Positions 12,513 through 25,800 of a DNA stretch of 64,000 bases are shown in pieces. The translations under genes and the position numbers were made by a program. Position 1 is the stretch's first letter, and each line of letters starts with the position of its first letter. The notes under the pieces are model-generated. The model had not been told where the DNA came from. It made no database searches and saw only the letters and a program-made list of their open reading frames with translations. Origin of the DNA: Cenococcum geophilum (taxonomy: Eukaryota); assembly GCA_050273025.1 (NCBI GenBank), contig CP158636.1, forward strand, positions 7,564,001-7,628,000. The letters run 5' to 3'.

Positions 12513-13215
12513 ATGGCCTCAAATCAACCTTCCCTTCTTCCCTACAAATCATCTTTCTTGAGTGACTGTCTCCACCGACGCCCTCAAATTTGGCACTTTC
12601 ACACTTAAGTCGAAACGCATATCGCCTTACTTATTTAACGCTGGCCTCTTCCACCGTGCGCGACTGCTCCGCTCAATATCCTTAGAATACGCCCATACGC
12701 TCGCTTCTCATGCTGCCGCAAACCTCTCCTTCTAGTTCGATATCCTCTTCCTGCGTACAAAGGCATTCCACTCGCCTCGGCGACCGTTGATAAACTTGCG
12801 GATCTAGATGTGGAAAAGTACAGGAACATAATCCATAGCTTCAACCGCAAAGAGGCGAAGGATCATGGTGAGGGTGGCAATATCATTGGTGCGCCATTGG
12901 CTGGGCTGAGGATCGTCATCATCGACGATGTAATCACTGCAGGGACAACAATACGGGAGACTATTGAGATCAATAGGAAGGAAGGCGGAAAAGTAGTGAG
13001 GGTTATCGTTGCCTTTGACAGGCTAGAAAAAACACCTAGTGCCACAGACGATGACGTCCAGGCCTAGCGCTATTAGTGAGGTCAGGAAGCAGTATGGGAT
13101 TCCAGTGCTCGCTATACTGACGTTAGATGATATTGTGGAATACCTGAAAGGGCTGAGGACTGAGGACGACCTCAAGAGGTTAGAGTACCGGAATAAATAC
13201 AAGACGACTGATTGA
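12513..13215 (+). pseudogene. URA5: Orotate phosphoribosyltransferase pseudogene
   Basis: [63 protein letters not shown] and [22 protein letters not shown] are spread over different frames (frameshifts). Confidence 0.85.
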
Positions 13216-13372
13216 GGGTGGCATCTAATACGCTTTATCATGCCCTTGTGCTTCAACCATACGATAATTCTAGTGATAATGCAACCAAAGCCCATGAAAT
13301 GTTAATCTACGCCCCTTACCCTCGTCTATATCCAAACACTCACAATTGAACTACAGGTCAAGCTTTACCACC

Positions 13373-14951
13373 TCACACATGCGCTTCCTGCGGCGCATGC
13401 TCCTTCTCATCGAAATCCTCACTATCCTTCTCTACACTCATACTTTTTCTAACTATCATATCCGCCTTCGTCTTCGTCATCAAAGCCTGCCTAATCTCGT
13501 ACTTGCTCCTATCCTTCCACGCATCATAGCCCTTGAAGCTGAGCGGGAATAGCACTAGATTCTCGCTACTCTGGATGAAATCCTCCGCGATTGGGGCTGG
13601 GGAGCTAGTAATGATATCAATATCTGTAGCGAGTTCGTCGCAATAGACGTCGAGGGGCAGATCGTTGACATCCATGCCGAAGGGGTTTTCGATTTCGCGG
13701 CCGATAGCAGCAATACCGAGGATGATGTAGGCGGCAAAAATGGTTCCGGGAATAGTGACCCAACGGAGGGAGTCCACTAACTGGAATGGAAGCATCATAA
13801 CGTAGACCCAGGTGATTTGCGAGATGGCGATACAGTAGGCAACTGGGAGAGGGGTGTGGAGGACGCGCTCAGTGCCGGTGAGAACTTCGTTCAGAGCAAC
13901 AACCGAATTGACTGGGGAAAGTTAGTGGGCTTGGGTAATAATTGAGGATGGGAATATGGGATATATACCTGCTTGGGTCTGGTAAATAGGAACGGAGAGG
14001 GTTCCATTGGTGATGAGGCTATCAACGTAGGCTGAAAGATGCGTAAGGATTTCCACTGGCAAGTTTCCAAGAGGCTTCTTGGAACGCTTGATCAGCTTCC
14101 TGGGGTTGGATTCCGCGAAAGGCACTCCGAGGTATTCGCCCGCTGACTTCCAGGGGCTTTTTTTGCCCGGCTTTTCTAGGTCCTTTTCAGCGGCTTTGGC
14201 AAAGGTGTCAAGATATTCAACATATCCACGAAGATCGTCGTAATTGATACCAGGCTCGAAGCGTAGCTTATGCTTGAGGGCATTGGCGAATGCAACGATG
14301 AGGTTGAGTCCAGTGCTACAACCCCGGCGTGTTAGTACAAAGCTTGAGCATATAAGCAAGACAACACGTACAGTTTTGCAAGCACATCCTCTTTCCCTAG
14401 ATCACCCTCTCGCTCCTTCGCATGTACCCAAATCGTCCGCGCCAGGTTTTGAGAGGCAAAGGTGAGCTGAGCCCAGTATTTCCGACCTTCTGCGTAACGC
14501 TCGTAGGCTGTGGAGCTGCGGAAGGAAAGCGCGAGACCGACGACGAAACCCAGAACCGTGAGCAGGAGATTGGATACTTTAAGCTTGAACAACAATTCGG
14601 AGACGATCGTGATCAGACTTGCCCAGCATGATACAATGGTCAAGGGTAGAATCATCTTGGGCAGGACGCTGCCGTGCATTCGCATGAAAAAGGGCCATTT
14701 GGAGTGTCTATTCATGTCGCGAGGACCGACCTAGTACGCTGTTAGAAATACCGTAGTATTCGTATTAATCTGGCTGCGAAGAAAAGGCTTACAAAGTAGT
14801 CGTCCAACTCAACACTCGTAGTGGTCCGCCGCTTACGCATGGCAAGTGGCTGTTTCCATGACACTGGAGACATAGGCATGTTTTGCGTGCCATTGACACC
14901 ATTCGATCTAAGTTCGGTCTCATTTGGTTGGAGGTCCTTACTCGACTCCAT
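13373..14951 (-). CDS. Bestrophin / UPF0187 (RFP-TM) ion-channel family protein, multi-exon
   Basis: LGFVVGLALSFRSSTAYERYAEGRKYW, TERVLHTPLPVAY and IGREIENPFGMDVNDLPLD motifs across four minus-strand ORF segments joined by GT-AG introns. Confidence 0.92.
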
Positions 14952-15805
14952 TATGATCGATGGCAAACAGTACTGTAAAAGTGATCGATGAGAAGGTCAA
15001 ACTGTCCAGCAGCTTCAGAGTATTCCAAAAATATTTGTATGGGAGAGCGAAGGAAAGACTACAAAAGAGTGGATGGAATAGCAGCAAATTGATTTGAGAT
15101 CCGCCTGCTTCTTATGAAGCAAAAGATTTTCAGCTCCAGGAGTGCTGTCAAAGACTGTAATCCGGGGTCACAAAAGCCCGCCTGACGCTCCTTGTACCCT
15201 GCTCCGGTACCCCTGAGATGGCCGCCAATAGCACAAGCGAAGACATGGTGAGGTTGGAGCGGCGGGGCCTGCAACAAAGGGAGAATGCGTGTTGCTGTTT
15301 CACAAAACATCAGAGCCGCTTGGCGTCAGGGGTCCTGCAGCCTCATGCGGGTCGCAGGAGAAATCGCCTCCGGAACATGCACAAAAACGGCACAGGAACA
15401 AAGGGAGTCTGCTTATGTAAGCGAGGAACGCGTGTGGAGGACTCTTCCAGATCCTTCTTTAGCAAGTGCTAATTGGGCGAGATCACGCACATATCAGAGG
15501 TCGTATATAATTGATCAGCATGTAGCCGAGGAGATGTCTGCTTGAGATGCACAAGTTATCCCCAAGAAGGGCAGGATGAAGGAAAATGTCGTGGACGTGT
15601 GTTGTCCAGCGAGGCTTGCTAATCCCAAAATAACAAAAATAACAAAAGGATCACAGACCAACACCTGGTGCATAGATCCCTTTCCTCCGACCAACGCCGT
15701 GCCGGACGTTTTTCGCGATCATCAGCACATAGGACCAAGAACACCACTATATCTGCTACGAGAGAGCTTGCATTTTGCGACCCTACTGCAGGATGTTGAA
15801 GAATT

Positions 15806-16708
15806 TTACCGGCCTCGAAGTGCAATTCTCCTTCTTTCGTCCTGACCCCTCTTCAGTTCAAGCTGCAGCTCTCGCGTTCTCCACGTTTCGCCATCAATGC
15901 ACACCCTGACAATCCCTATCCTCTCAATCAAGGGCCAATAGTGATTCCTCAGTGGATCAAAACCTGGCGCCCATATGTAGTTCCAGACTTCATTCAGTTC
16001 TCGCGCAACAGACTTTGGATGAATCAGTCCATCCCTTAAGTCCTGAGCTTGATAATCTTCTGGGAGAAATCCTTCTGGAGGAATCTCGGAGGGCGTTATG
16101 ACATTGAGAACCAGCTCGTCTATTATGTACGTCCTTGAAGCTTTCTGCTGCGCTGAAAAGTCCGGCCCATAGTCGAGGATGCGCTTCAACGCAGCGCATA
16201 CTCCCCAAGCAATACGGCCAGGAGGTTTACTGGTAATAAGGGGATCCGCCCATTTACGCTTGCGGGTCCCCGTAAGCCTCACATCAACCCGCAGCTGATG
16301 GAGGTTTGTCGACCATTTCGGAGACTTGAACCAAGGTCGTTCAATGTGCGTTCTGGCCAGCGGAAATGAAATCCAGGTAACATAGATGATGCGCTCATCC
16401 TCGACAAGACAATCGATCTTGAGTGGCATCTGCCCGCGGGACTTTGCGCGAGATATTGCTTCACTGAGTTCCTCATTGACCTGATGGCTGCTGCATAGGA
16501 GAGAAGTACATGTACTCGGTGGTTCATCTAGAGAATAAGTATTCCCAAACTCGCCTGGTTGCGCATTGGCCGCATGAGCAGCTATCTTGTGGGCATTCCA
16601 AGGTCTCAAACGGTTGCTAGATAACGATGGCCTCGGAGCTTCGGCTGTTAGAACAGCCATATATATTATATCCCGCAGCTCTCTTGGAAGCTCAAGAAGA
16701 TTCGGCAT
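15806..16708 (-). CDS. F-box-like fungal protein
   Basis: Uninterrupted 300-aa ORF starting MPNLLELPRELRDIIY (F-box-like N-terminus). Confidence 0.75.
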   Translation of the reverse strand: MPNLLELPRELRDIIYMAVLTAEAPRPSLSSNRLRPWNAHKIAAHAANAQPGEFGNTYSLDEPPSTCTSLLCSSHQVNEELSEAISRAKSRGQMPLKIDCLVEDERIIYVTWISFPLARTHIERPWFKSPKWSTNLHQLRVDVRLTGTRKRKWADPLITSKPPGRIAWGVCAALKRILDYGPDFSAQQKASRTYIIDELVLNVITPSEIPPEGFLPEDYQAQDLRDGLIHPKSVARELNEVWNYIWAPGFDPLRNHYWPLIERIGIVRVCIDGETWRTRELQLELKRGQDERRRIALRGR

Positions 16709-17499
16709 GCTGGAAGAACGTCTGAAAAGTGGTGATTCAGATCGCAGCCCTGGAGGAGTAATGAAGATGGTGGAGTTGTGCTAGAATTTCTCGGATTATG
16801 TTTCATGACTGCTCTGGTCCTGTCTTTCCCGAGGTCCGTAGTGGCTTGGCCAAGCCGGTTTCATCATTGACACCAGAACACCTCTCAGGAGACACTGGCC
16901 CAACACCAAAGCCTCAAATCTTAACAATTTAAATAACGCTTTACGATCCTAACGCAGCATAATTATCGTGTTAGGCCAAATGCCACCCTTTTCGTGGATA
17001 CGACGCTCGAGTGGCTTAGCTGAGGCCAAGGGCGGAGAGCGGTGACCAAAAGGCGATCTGTGTCAAATTTGTCGCAAGCGCGCTCTGGCTTTCCTAAACG
17101 GCAAGAAGAAGGGAGGAATCATGTTTGGAAGCTTGAAAGATGCGCTCTGCGATATCGTTCTCGTGATGTTGAGTCAGTTGAATCCCAGCCAAGAAGAAAC
17201 GTCCGCAATTCTGATGACCTGAGAAATTTCGTGCAAGTCGCATACAAAGGGGCAGAACGGGAATATTTTCGCGTATTCTCAAAGAAGAAGGATGAACTCA
17301 GTCTTTTTTGTGCGCGATCAGCCCTCGTTTGACGGTAACCGGCTTCTGTATCTATGTAGCACTAATACCCCAGAGAGACCCATTTGGCCAAGTTGAGAGC
17401 AAAGATGTAGACGAGCCGCTATCCCGGATCTCTGCAACTTCCTCAAGGTCACCCACTTCTTCCTCAAAGTCAGTGTATCCGCCCGGTAGAGGGTAGGTC

Positions 17500-18268
17500 T
17501 ATGTTCCCTTAATACAATGCTGGCTTGATGAGTGTAGAAATTACCATTAAGAGACGTGTTTTAGGACAGTGCTTCAAGAAAGATTGGGCCGAATGGCCGA
17601 CCTGCTCTTGATAGATGTGACAAATAAACGCCTGGTGCGTTCTACTTCAGAATCCGGATACGTATCTCTGAGTTACGTATGGGGTGGTGTCCAGTGCCTT
17701 CAAGCCACCAGATCTAACCTAAACGCATTACAACGTCTAGGGGTACTAATAACAGAATCTCTCGCATTACCCTTGGTCATCCAGGACGCACTTATTCTCG
17801 TCTCCGCGCTCCAAGAGCAGTATCTGTGGACTGCCTGTCTATGTATCGCCCAAGACGACGCCGAGCAAAAGCACCGGGACATCAACTAAATGGATGCCAT
17901 TTACAGTCACGCTGTGTTGACCATAGTGGCTCTTTCTGGTCTTCATGCTAATAGAAACTTACCGAGCATACGTCCGGATATCTCGCAGAAGTCCAATTCG
18001 AAATTACATAAACCCTCTCGCTTCAGCGCGTCTCCGGCGGTTCGACGGCAATCGCTGGAGCTGGCAGTCTGACATATACAGAGACCTGGTGGGCGCGTAC
18101 ACACGAAGAGAGTTGTCCTACCCGTCTGACATTATCAATCCCTTCTCTGGCATCACTGGTGCTATGAAGAAATGCGGGTCTGGTCCATTCATTTGTGGCA
18201 TTCCCGAGGGTGCCCTTCACGTCGGCTTACTGCGGGTACCAACAACGGATCGTTTGACCCGCCGCTAA
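17500..18268 (+). pseudogene. HET (heterokaryon incompatibility, PF06985-type) domain pseudogene
   Basis: LLLIDV...YVSLSYVWGG...LPLVIQDAL...YLWTACLCIAQDD...IN*MDAIYSHAVLTIVALSG, then YRDLVGAYTRRELSYPSD in another frame. Contains an internal stop and a frameshift. Confidence 0.8.
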
Positions 18269-18639
18269 ACAGCAGTCTCAACTTTGTGCCCGTTTCTCGT
18301 CGGACGTATCCCGCACCCTAATACTCATCGCTAGCGCAATCCCGCCGGGACAACTTCCGACCATTAATCGCCAGTTGCCCTAGAAGGCCATTCGTGAGCG
18401 ATAGCTGTTGTAATTCCTCTTCTTTCTTCTCCTTTGAGGCTTACATATAGAGCAGTTGGAGTCAATGAGCAGTTGTCTGTAGATAAATTTCTGACCCATT
18501 TTTTGTTGTCTAAACCGTCGTTTCTGAGAAAGTTCTTTCTCAACGCCTAATAATTTAATCAAAGCCGTATCATGGATCTCTACAACCATTTCGAGTCGTT
18601 CTGGGTACGCTCCTGCACTCAATACTCTCCAGGTTTGAT

Positions 18640-19331
18640 TGAAATGGGGGGCTGGTGGCTAGTCAGGTCGCAGGCTTCCTCCTTCCTGCGACCATGTGCC
18701 TGCTAATGGACATTCTCTTTCCGGATTTCTCGCGCCGGCATGAAATACAGAGTCCAGAACGGCAGTCCACATGGGTAGAGATACGCCATTGCATGCTCCT
18801 CACCCTGTTTAATCATGCCTGGCCGCTGGCATTCTACTTCCTGTTCGCCTATTGGACCGAGTTTCAGCAAGCTACCTCCCTGCACCATCCAAGCATCTAC
18901 GCCCACATCCACAAGAAGCATCATAAGTATACAATACCGTTTCTTTCGCGGCTGAGTATGCGCATCCACTCGAGCATCTGATCGCCAATGTACTTCCGAT
19001 AATGCTACCCCTAGCGCTTAAGGGAACGCATTTCCTTTCATTGTTTATATTCTCCATCTTTGAGCTTCGGGAGGCCGCCGCGGACCATAGCGGGTACGAC
19101 TTCCTTAAGCTACCGCCCGCTGAGTTGCACGACCTGCACCATTCCAAGTCCCGAGTTAACTACAGCACTCTCGGCCTTACGGACTGGATTCACGGGACAA
19201 AGATGCAGAAGAAAGTAGACATCTCTCCGCCCAAGGGACTCAAGGCAAAGAAGGAATTTTGGGCAACGTTCGAATCTGCCGCCATATTTAGGCCGACGGG
19301 TTTAGGGTCGCGATTCTCGCGGTGGGGTTAG
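18640..19331 (+). pseudogene. Sterol desaturase / fatty-acid hydroxylase family pseudogene
   Basis: His boxes LHHPSIYAHIHKKHH, AEYAHPLEH, DHSGYDF and HDLHH, plus DWIHGT, split by frameshifts. Confidence 0.75.
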
Positions 19332-19499
19332 GCTTTTGATACGGTTGGTATAATGGGCCGCAGTTTAGGTGTTCAGGGGTTCCTTACGAGTGATTAACAA
19401 TATTTTACATTCGTTGAGCATATTCCTCTGGGTTTCTCTTGTGCAGTTTGTTCTGGTGTTTGAAGCACGAACAATAGCACATCAACAACTTCTTACCCA

Positions 19500-20570
19500 A
19501 GTTGATGAGGAATAATTGGGTTCATACCAAGCCATGGAACGCTAAGAGTGAGATTATTGTGGTGACCGAAGGCAGTAGTGGTATTGAGGCCAGCGTGGCT
19601 AGTAGATTGGCAGACGATGGTGTCACAGTGGTTGCGGTTGACATTGCGCCTTTGTCTCCCGAGTTTCGTAAGTAGAATGAATGCTTAGTTGATAGAATTT
19701 TAGAAAAATATATTATTAATAGATGTGCTCCTAGAGTCTAAGCGCATCAACTACTACAAAGTCGATTTGAGTGATATTTAGGAGATCAAGAACATCTGTG
19801 ATCGCATAAAAGAAGTCCCATTCTTAAGTATATTACCATCATATGACTAAATATTCTCCTGAATGTTGACAAGCATATAGTCAATAATGCTGGTTCGGCC
19901 CGTGGGCAAACTATTGCAGAAAGCTCCTACCACGATGTTACTCTCACCATTCAAACAAGCTTAGCAGTGCCCTTACTGCTTATCAAAGAATTTCCCCCTA
20001 GCATGATCAACACAAATCATGGCTATATCCTCTACGTCAGCTCTATGAGCGGATACATTCCACCGGCTGGGCTTGCGGATTACGCGGCATCTAAAGCGGG
20101 ATCATCGCATTCCATGAGGTAGGAGATATCTGGTCCATGCCGAACCCTGACTACGAGATGTCCCAATGACTGATACAACGGTTTTAACAGGCTCTCAGTC
20201 TAGAACCCAGATCCCGATATTAGGCTTCGAAAGTGCGCACGTCGTTGGCGGTCCTTGGTTTCGTTAAGACACCACTTTTCAAAGGAGAGATGAGCCAATC
20301 CCACTTCCTTATGCCACTGATGCATGTCGATACTGTGGGCGATGCCATAATCGATACGCTGTATGCCGGTTTTGGTAATACTCTGCCCTATCCAGGGATG
20401 CTGGCGTACTTGACTTGGGGTATGAGTCTTGCTGTTCTATAAAAGGGTGTTTTGAGATGGAAGGTTGCTAATCAAGAACAGAGAGGTGCACCCGAGTGGA
20501 TTTTAAAGGAAGACAGAGCATTGGCCAAGCCCCTGGAAAGCTTAAGGCCTAGGACGAGTATTACGGCCTA
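19500..20570 (+). pseudogene. Short-chain dehydrogenase/reductase pseudogene
   Basis: IIVVTEGSSGIEASVA (degenerate TGxxxGIG), VNNAG, SSMSG, YAASKAG and VKTPLFKG, with stops and frameshifts. Confidence 0.7.
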
Positions 20571-20966
20571 AAGTCTTTATTACAGGTTCAATAGAAAGAG
20601 GGCAGGCTCGCAAATATCTTGGGGACGTCGGTCTGTGATCTCAGAGGACATAAACTGTAGCTTCCCTTCAACTTTTGTTAGCTGGCAAGGATATACTTGA
20701 AGAATAAGGTCTAACCCAAAATTCTTGTTGTTGGCATAACCTAGAGGTTAGCTGCACGCTAATGCGCAAATGTATCAAAGCCGGGAGGAAGCTTTCATAT
20801 GATGATTCCTTATATAGACAAATTATGAAACCCTGAAACTCATCTGTCACGAGATGCATGGTCCTGAACGCCAGTTTTGTTGATATCACCCTATCATCTA
20901 CTAACACCATTGAAGAAACCGATTCATAGCAACAGGTAGCATGCCATATGTCTGCAGCAAGCCCAC

Positions 20967-23224
20967 TTATCGCCTGTTCGTCTTGCCCATACCACGCTTT
21001 CCTGTGACCTAATTCAAATATTAGTAACGCGCATTAAAAATCACTAGGAGGATACTCACCAAGTGCTTCGTCAAAGCACCTGTAGTATGCCTATCGGCCT
21101 CACCCTGCCTGGCCATCCTATTCATCTTCTTCTGACTCAGTTTAGCGAGCCTCTCCGCTTTCGTCCTTGCAGCCTCGTTTGTGACGCCGTCATCCCTTCT
21201 GTTCGTGCTCTGACTCCTGCCTCTACTCTTCGCTCGCTCAAATGCAGATTTGGGCGTATCGATATCCATCGCATCTCCGTCTGTAGCTTCCGAACGCCCG
21301 CGCAAAAAGCTCCTGCCTCGGCTTTGGCTCCGTGCCCTTGCGTCTAGAGAAGTGGTGTCGTATCCGAGACTGCCGAGGTGAGACTCCATTTGGGACAATT
21401 TCTTCGCCTTCGCAGTTCTTGGGATTACTGCCCGGTTCTTCAAGCTCTTCCTCATCTTTGCTTCATTCCTAATGAGCTGCCTCTTCTCTCTGATCAGCTC
21501 GGCCTTATACCTGATTTCTGCCTCCTCGGCATCCTCCAAGTCCTCCTCAGACTCGTAGTACCCTTCGGCCTCTAATTTTTCCTCCTCTTCTTCCAGCGCG
21601 GTGAGTTTGGCTTCGATATCCGGGTCGATGAAGTCATACACGTTTTTGCCATTGAAAACCTCAGGAACACGATCTTCTTTCCACTCTGGATCGTCTAGGA
21701 TGTAGTTTTTGTGAAGGTTAATGTTGTACACGCCGGCGCCGCCGTTTTCTTCTTCGATGTCGCGCTCCAGCTTCGGTCTATTCGGGTCTGATTTGTCGTA
21801 TTTCATCTTATTCCTCGCCACATCCGGAATGAAAACTTCACGCGTAACACCGCCCATCGGCTGAGCCACATGGATCCTCCTGAGCAAGTCGCCTAATCGT
21901 CCTGTCACCTCTCCAGAGCTGTTTGTCCCAGCTTTCAGCTTCTCAGCATTGCGGACCGCAAGTAGACGGTCGCATGCTGCGTTGCGGACGTTCATGAGGC
22001 CTTCCGTCGTTGTGCAGGAGAGCTGGAGAAGCTCGACTTCGCCAGACTTCAGCATCCCCTGTAGCTTCTCTTGTGTTTCTGCATCTAGGTCTTCCGGACG
22101 CATTATGTCGATCTTGTTGATGACTACAAATACTAGCTTATTTGCGAAGAGCGGCCTGATACTGTGGAAAAGGTCGATTTGCGCGGATACCGAGTAGCCA
22201 CACTGCTCAGAGAGGTCCATGAAATATAGAATAGCGGAGCGTAAATGTGCGATAGCGGTAATAGATTGCATTTCAATTGTGTTCATTTCTTCGAGAGGGT
22301 GGTCAAGGATTCCTGGGGTATCAATGGCTTGGAAACGGAGCATTTTGTAGTCGAAGTGGCCGACAAAAAGAGACTTGGTCGTGAACGCATAGGGCTGGAT
22401 ATCAACATCCGCTCTCGAGATGTTCTTCAAGAAACTTAGAGTGGTCTTAGTATATTTGCCTAACAAGTTTCGTGCGCAAAACGTGAGATCTACTTACGAT
22501 GACTTGCCCACATTAGGATATCCGCAAATCAGCAGCGTCCGGGTGTTGGGGTCAATAGAAGGTAGACGTCCCAGATGCTGTCGAACTTGCTCCAAGTACA
22601 CCAGCGGGTCCTTCAACCTCTTGCATATTGTTGCCATCCGACCCAGTGCAGCGCGCTTGAGCTGCTTGCACTGGAATAAGGATTGTCCATATTTGAGAAG
22701 CCTAACATAATCGCGGGCGACTGCTTCTATAAGAGATTTCGCAGTTGAGAGTTGACCGAGGGCGATTCGGAAATGGCTACAAATTATCCAAGTTAGCCAC
22801 TGTATGTTTCTGGATCGGAAAAGCTGATCACATACTCGGCATCATAAAGAGTATTAAGTAAATCTCTGTCTGATATACCACCCTGGTTAGTTACATCGTT
22901 TAAGTAATTATTCTCGCCATCTTGAGGTCCTTACGAAATGGATGTATGTCTTGTAGTCGCGGGAATGCTTCGAGTGTTGCTGAAAGACGCTCTGAGAAGG
23001 TTTCTGCAGTATATTTGACTTTGCGAGTGTAGAAAGCTGTAGTAATATCCTGGATTAGCACTTCCATATACAGTATGGTAGGAAACGGTCGCACCTCGAA
23101 TTCTGCTGATCTTGAAACCGGCGCGAATCTGCGTGGGTAGTCGTCGCTGAGTTCTACTGAGGACAATATCCAAAAACTCCTGGGAGGTTGGCACCACTGG
23201 AATGTCCTTCCACGTGGTCTTCAT
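20967..23224 (-). CDS. NOG1: Nucleolar GTP-binding protein 1, multi-exon
   Basis: [77 protein letters not shown] and C-terminal GEADRH...[11 protein letters not shown]. Confidence 0.97.
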
Positions 23225-24623
23225 GTTCGCTGGTGGTGGGTAGTTTGGACGGTATATTGAAGGCGAGCTGCCATATCGATAGCGGCACAAAAAAATTTGG
23301 TGGAGTTCGCTAAAAAGTTCGGTGCCAAGATTAAATAGGCTGGCTTGGCACTCAGGGAAACCTCGTCCGCCCCGCTATCACATCTTCCTGTAGGTAGCCA
23401 TGCTTGACGACGAATATGAAACAAGCCCGCCATCTAAGCTCAACAATAATTTAGTGGAAGTGTAAGTTGCTCTTGGCAATACAATGTTAATACGAGCCGA
23501 TAATGCTGCGACGGCGAGGTAGTGGGTTCTAGAAAAGAGCCTTGTTGTTACCTTCTTTGTCTGACTTTGTTACTGTATTGATGATATTTACTCGTCCTTT
23601 TCTTTTGATGGCTACGGCCGTTTCATTAAGTAAACATTTGTTTGATTCTCCATATGCAGTCAGAAGAAGTACGCTCTACACCATCAAATGTCTTTTGTAC
23701 ACTGCCATCATCCGCGACCCGAGCTTCGGTCCGCTATACTTTCATCGGAGATGACATTGGCGCGAACCCAGGAGTTCTTGCCGAGAATTCTTGGCCCTTC
23801 GGACAGACCTTACATTTCGTACTCCTGTGAATCGTCCTTTTGCTCCCCTTGAGCCAACCTATCCCTTCGACCAAGACTTCTATGCCTGCTCTTGATTCAC
23901 CGATCTCATAGCCCTCATAGCCCTCATTTTCCTCGAAGTGCTCATGCTAGCTGCTTTCGTGCTCTTTCTGCTTAACGCAGCGGGAGGCTTCCTCGGCATA
24001 TCATACCTCCTACGTAGCAAGTTGTTCATTGAGTAAGTTTTTACCGTGGCACCCTCTGCACTACTCCTTCGTTTAGCATTCTGGAAAGCCGCTATAGAGG
24101 TCTGGATCTTGCGTAGTACGATAAAGAGAAGAGTAACGTACATGGAACGTAAAGGATGACAAGTAGCTAGTAAAGCAGTGAAATATGCACTGAGAGTAGG
24201 ACTGATACGCGGGCTAATCGCCTACGCAATCCTCCTAACTTTCGAGATCGCAGGGCCAAATGCGTTATTTCCTGATAATTAGGTATTCCACATTCATGAT
24301 CCTACACTACACAGCTCTACGCCTCCTCCATCTTCGCGTGTAATCATGCCTAATCGATGCCTCTATGCAATAAACAGGCCTGCTGATGTTTCTTCAGCAG
24401 CCTATCCCCACCTTTCTATGATACACTCAAAACACCCGTGAGGAGAGGGGAGATCCATGTATGAACAATGTAATAGAAAAAGACGCTAATGGCGAGGTGC
24501 GCGCAAACCTGAAACCCCCAAAGTAACCCCAAACCCTGTTCCGAAAGGAGAAAATAGCCAATCAGATAAAGTGGAAAGCTTCATATCGCAGCCCAAACCC
24601 GGGGGAATGCTATAATCGTTATT

Positions 24624-25395
24624 CTAGAAGAAAACGCGTCTCGTCACCTAAAGTAAAAGTCAGCCCGCGATCCCTCCAGCAAATGTAGAAAATAAGCATA
24701 CCGCCCACGCCCCCGCCGCGCTCGCTACAATGCCTCCCGAAACCATCATTGGCTTGACGCCCCTCGTGCTCTTGAAAATCATACCGCTCAACGCACCCGC
24801 CACCACGCTGTTCGTAAAATCGTGTTTTCCCCTGTAGTACCCGATCGTCGAGTTAACCCCATTATATACCATCGCGACTACGCCGGCCGAGTTCCCTAGA
24901 AACGGCCCGCGCCGCGTCACAGCGTTGAGCACACTATTCAGCCGTAGCCGCGGGCTCGCTGTCGGACTTGTTTTCTGCAACCCTTCTGCGAGCCCCCATG
25001 CGCCGCCGATTGTCAGCGCCGTGAGGTATGTCACGCCGGTTCCATAACATAGGTCGTCGCTCCAGCCTCGGGATGGCAGCACAGAGCGTGAGCCGGGAAG
25101 GTCGCTCAGGACACTCTCTTCGAGGGTTAGGTAGTCGAGAGTGCCTTGGTTCAGGCCCGCGAGCGGATGTAGTAGCGCTGGGTCGGTCAAGAAGGATGAG
25201 ACGTCTTGTGCGGATGTAGGGTCGAATGGTGTGGGTGTGAAAGAGTCCCGTGAGTCGAGGGTGCCGGTGGGGTTGGGCGAAGTGGTTGTGGGCGGCGAGC
25301 TGGATTTATGGCCGGTTAGGGTGTCCCATCTGTGCAGCAGGTTAGTTGGAATGTTAAATTGGTTGAGAGAGGAGAATTTGGACGCACATCGTCAT
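24624..25395 (-). CDS. TIM23: Mitochondrial inner-membrane translocase subunit Tim23
   Basis: MTIWDTLTG... (intron about 25331-25387), LPSRGWSDDLCYGTGVTYL, LNAVTRRGPFLGNSAG and AGALSGMIFKSTRG, plus a short last exon VTRRVFF*. Confidence 0.95.
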
Positions 25396-25800
25396 CTTGA
25401 AAGAGGTGGAGGTTGGTGATGTTGATGGCGGTAGGGTTTCTCTCCGAGGCGCTAAGTCGCCTTCTGAAGCTTCCCCGCGACTTCCAATGGCGTAGATTTA
25501 CTGAGGGAGGAGGTTGAGGAGAAGGCGGTGGCCGTGGAGGACAGCACTTGGGATAGTGGTGGTAGTAAGAGGCGTCGTATTGATATTCACTGGCCGTAAA
25601 TTTCTGAGCAAGGAGTGATGATTCGACTGACGACGCACGGACCTCGGGACTTCGGGTTGAGACACCTCTACTATTTACCTCAGTGAGCCCAGACGTGATT
25701 TTTTTGGCTAGCGTCGGAATAACAGCTACGCCGTCTTCCTTCTTGAGTTTTGTTAAAAAGCATAAGCAAAATCCAACAAATACCCGTGACGTTTTGGTTT

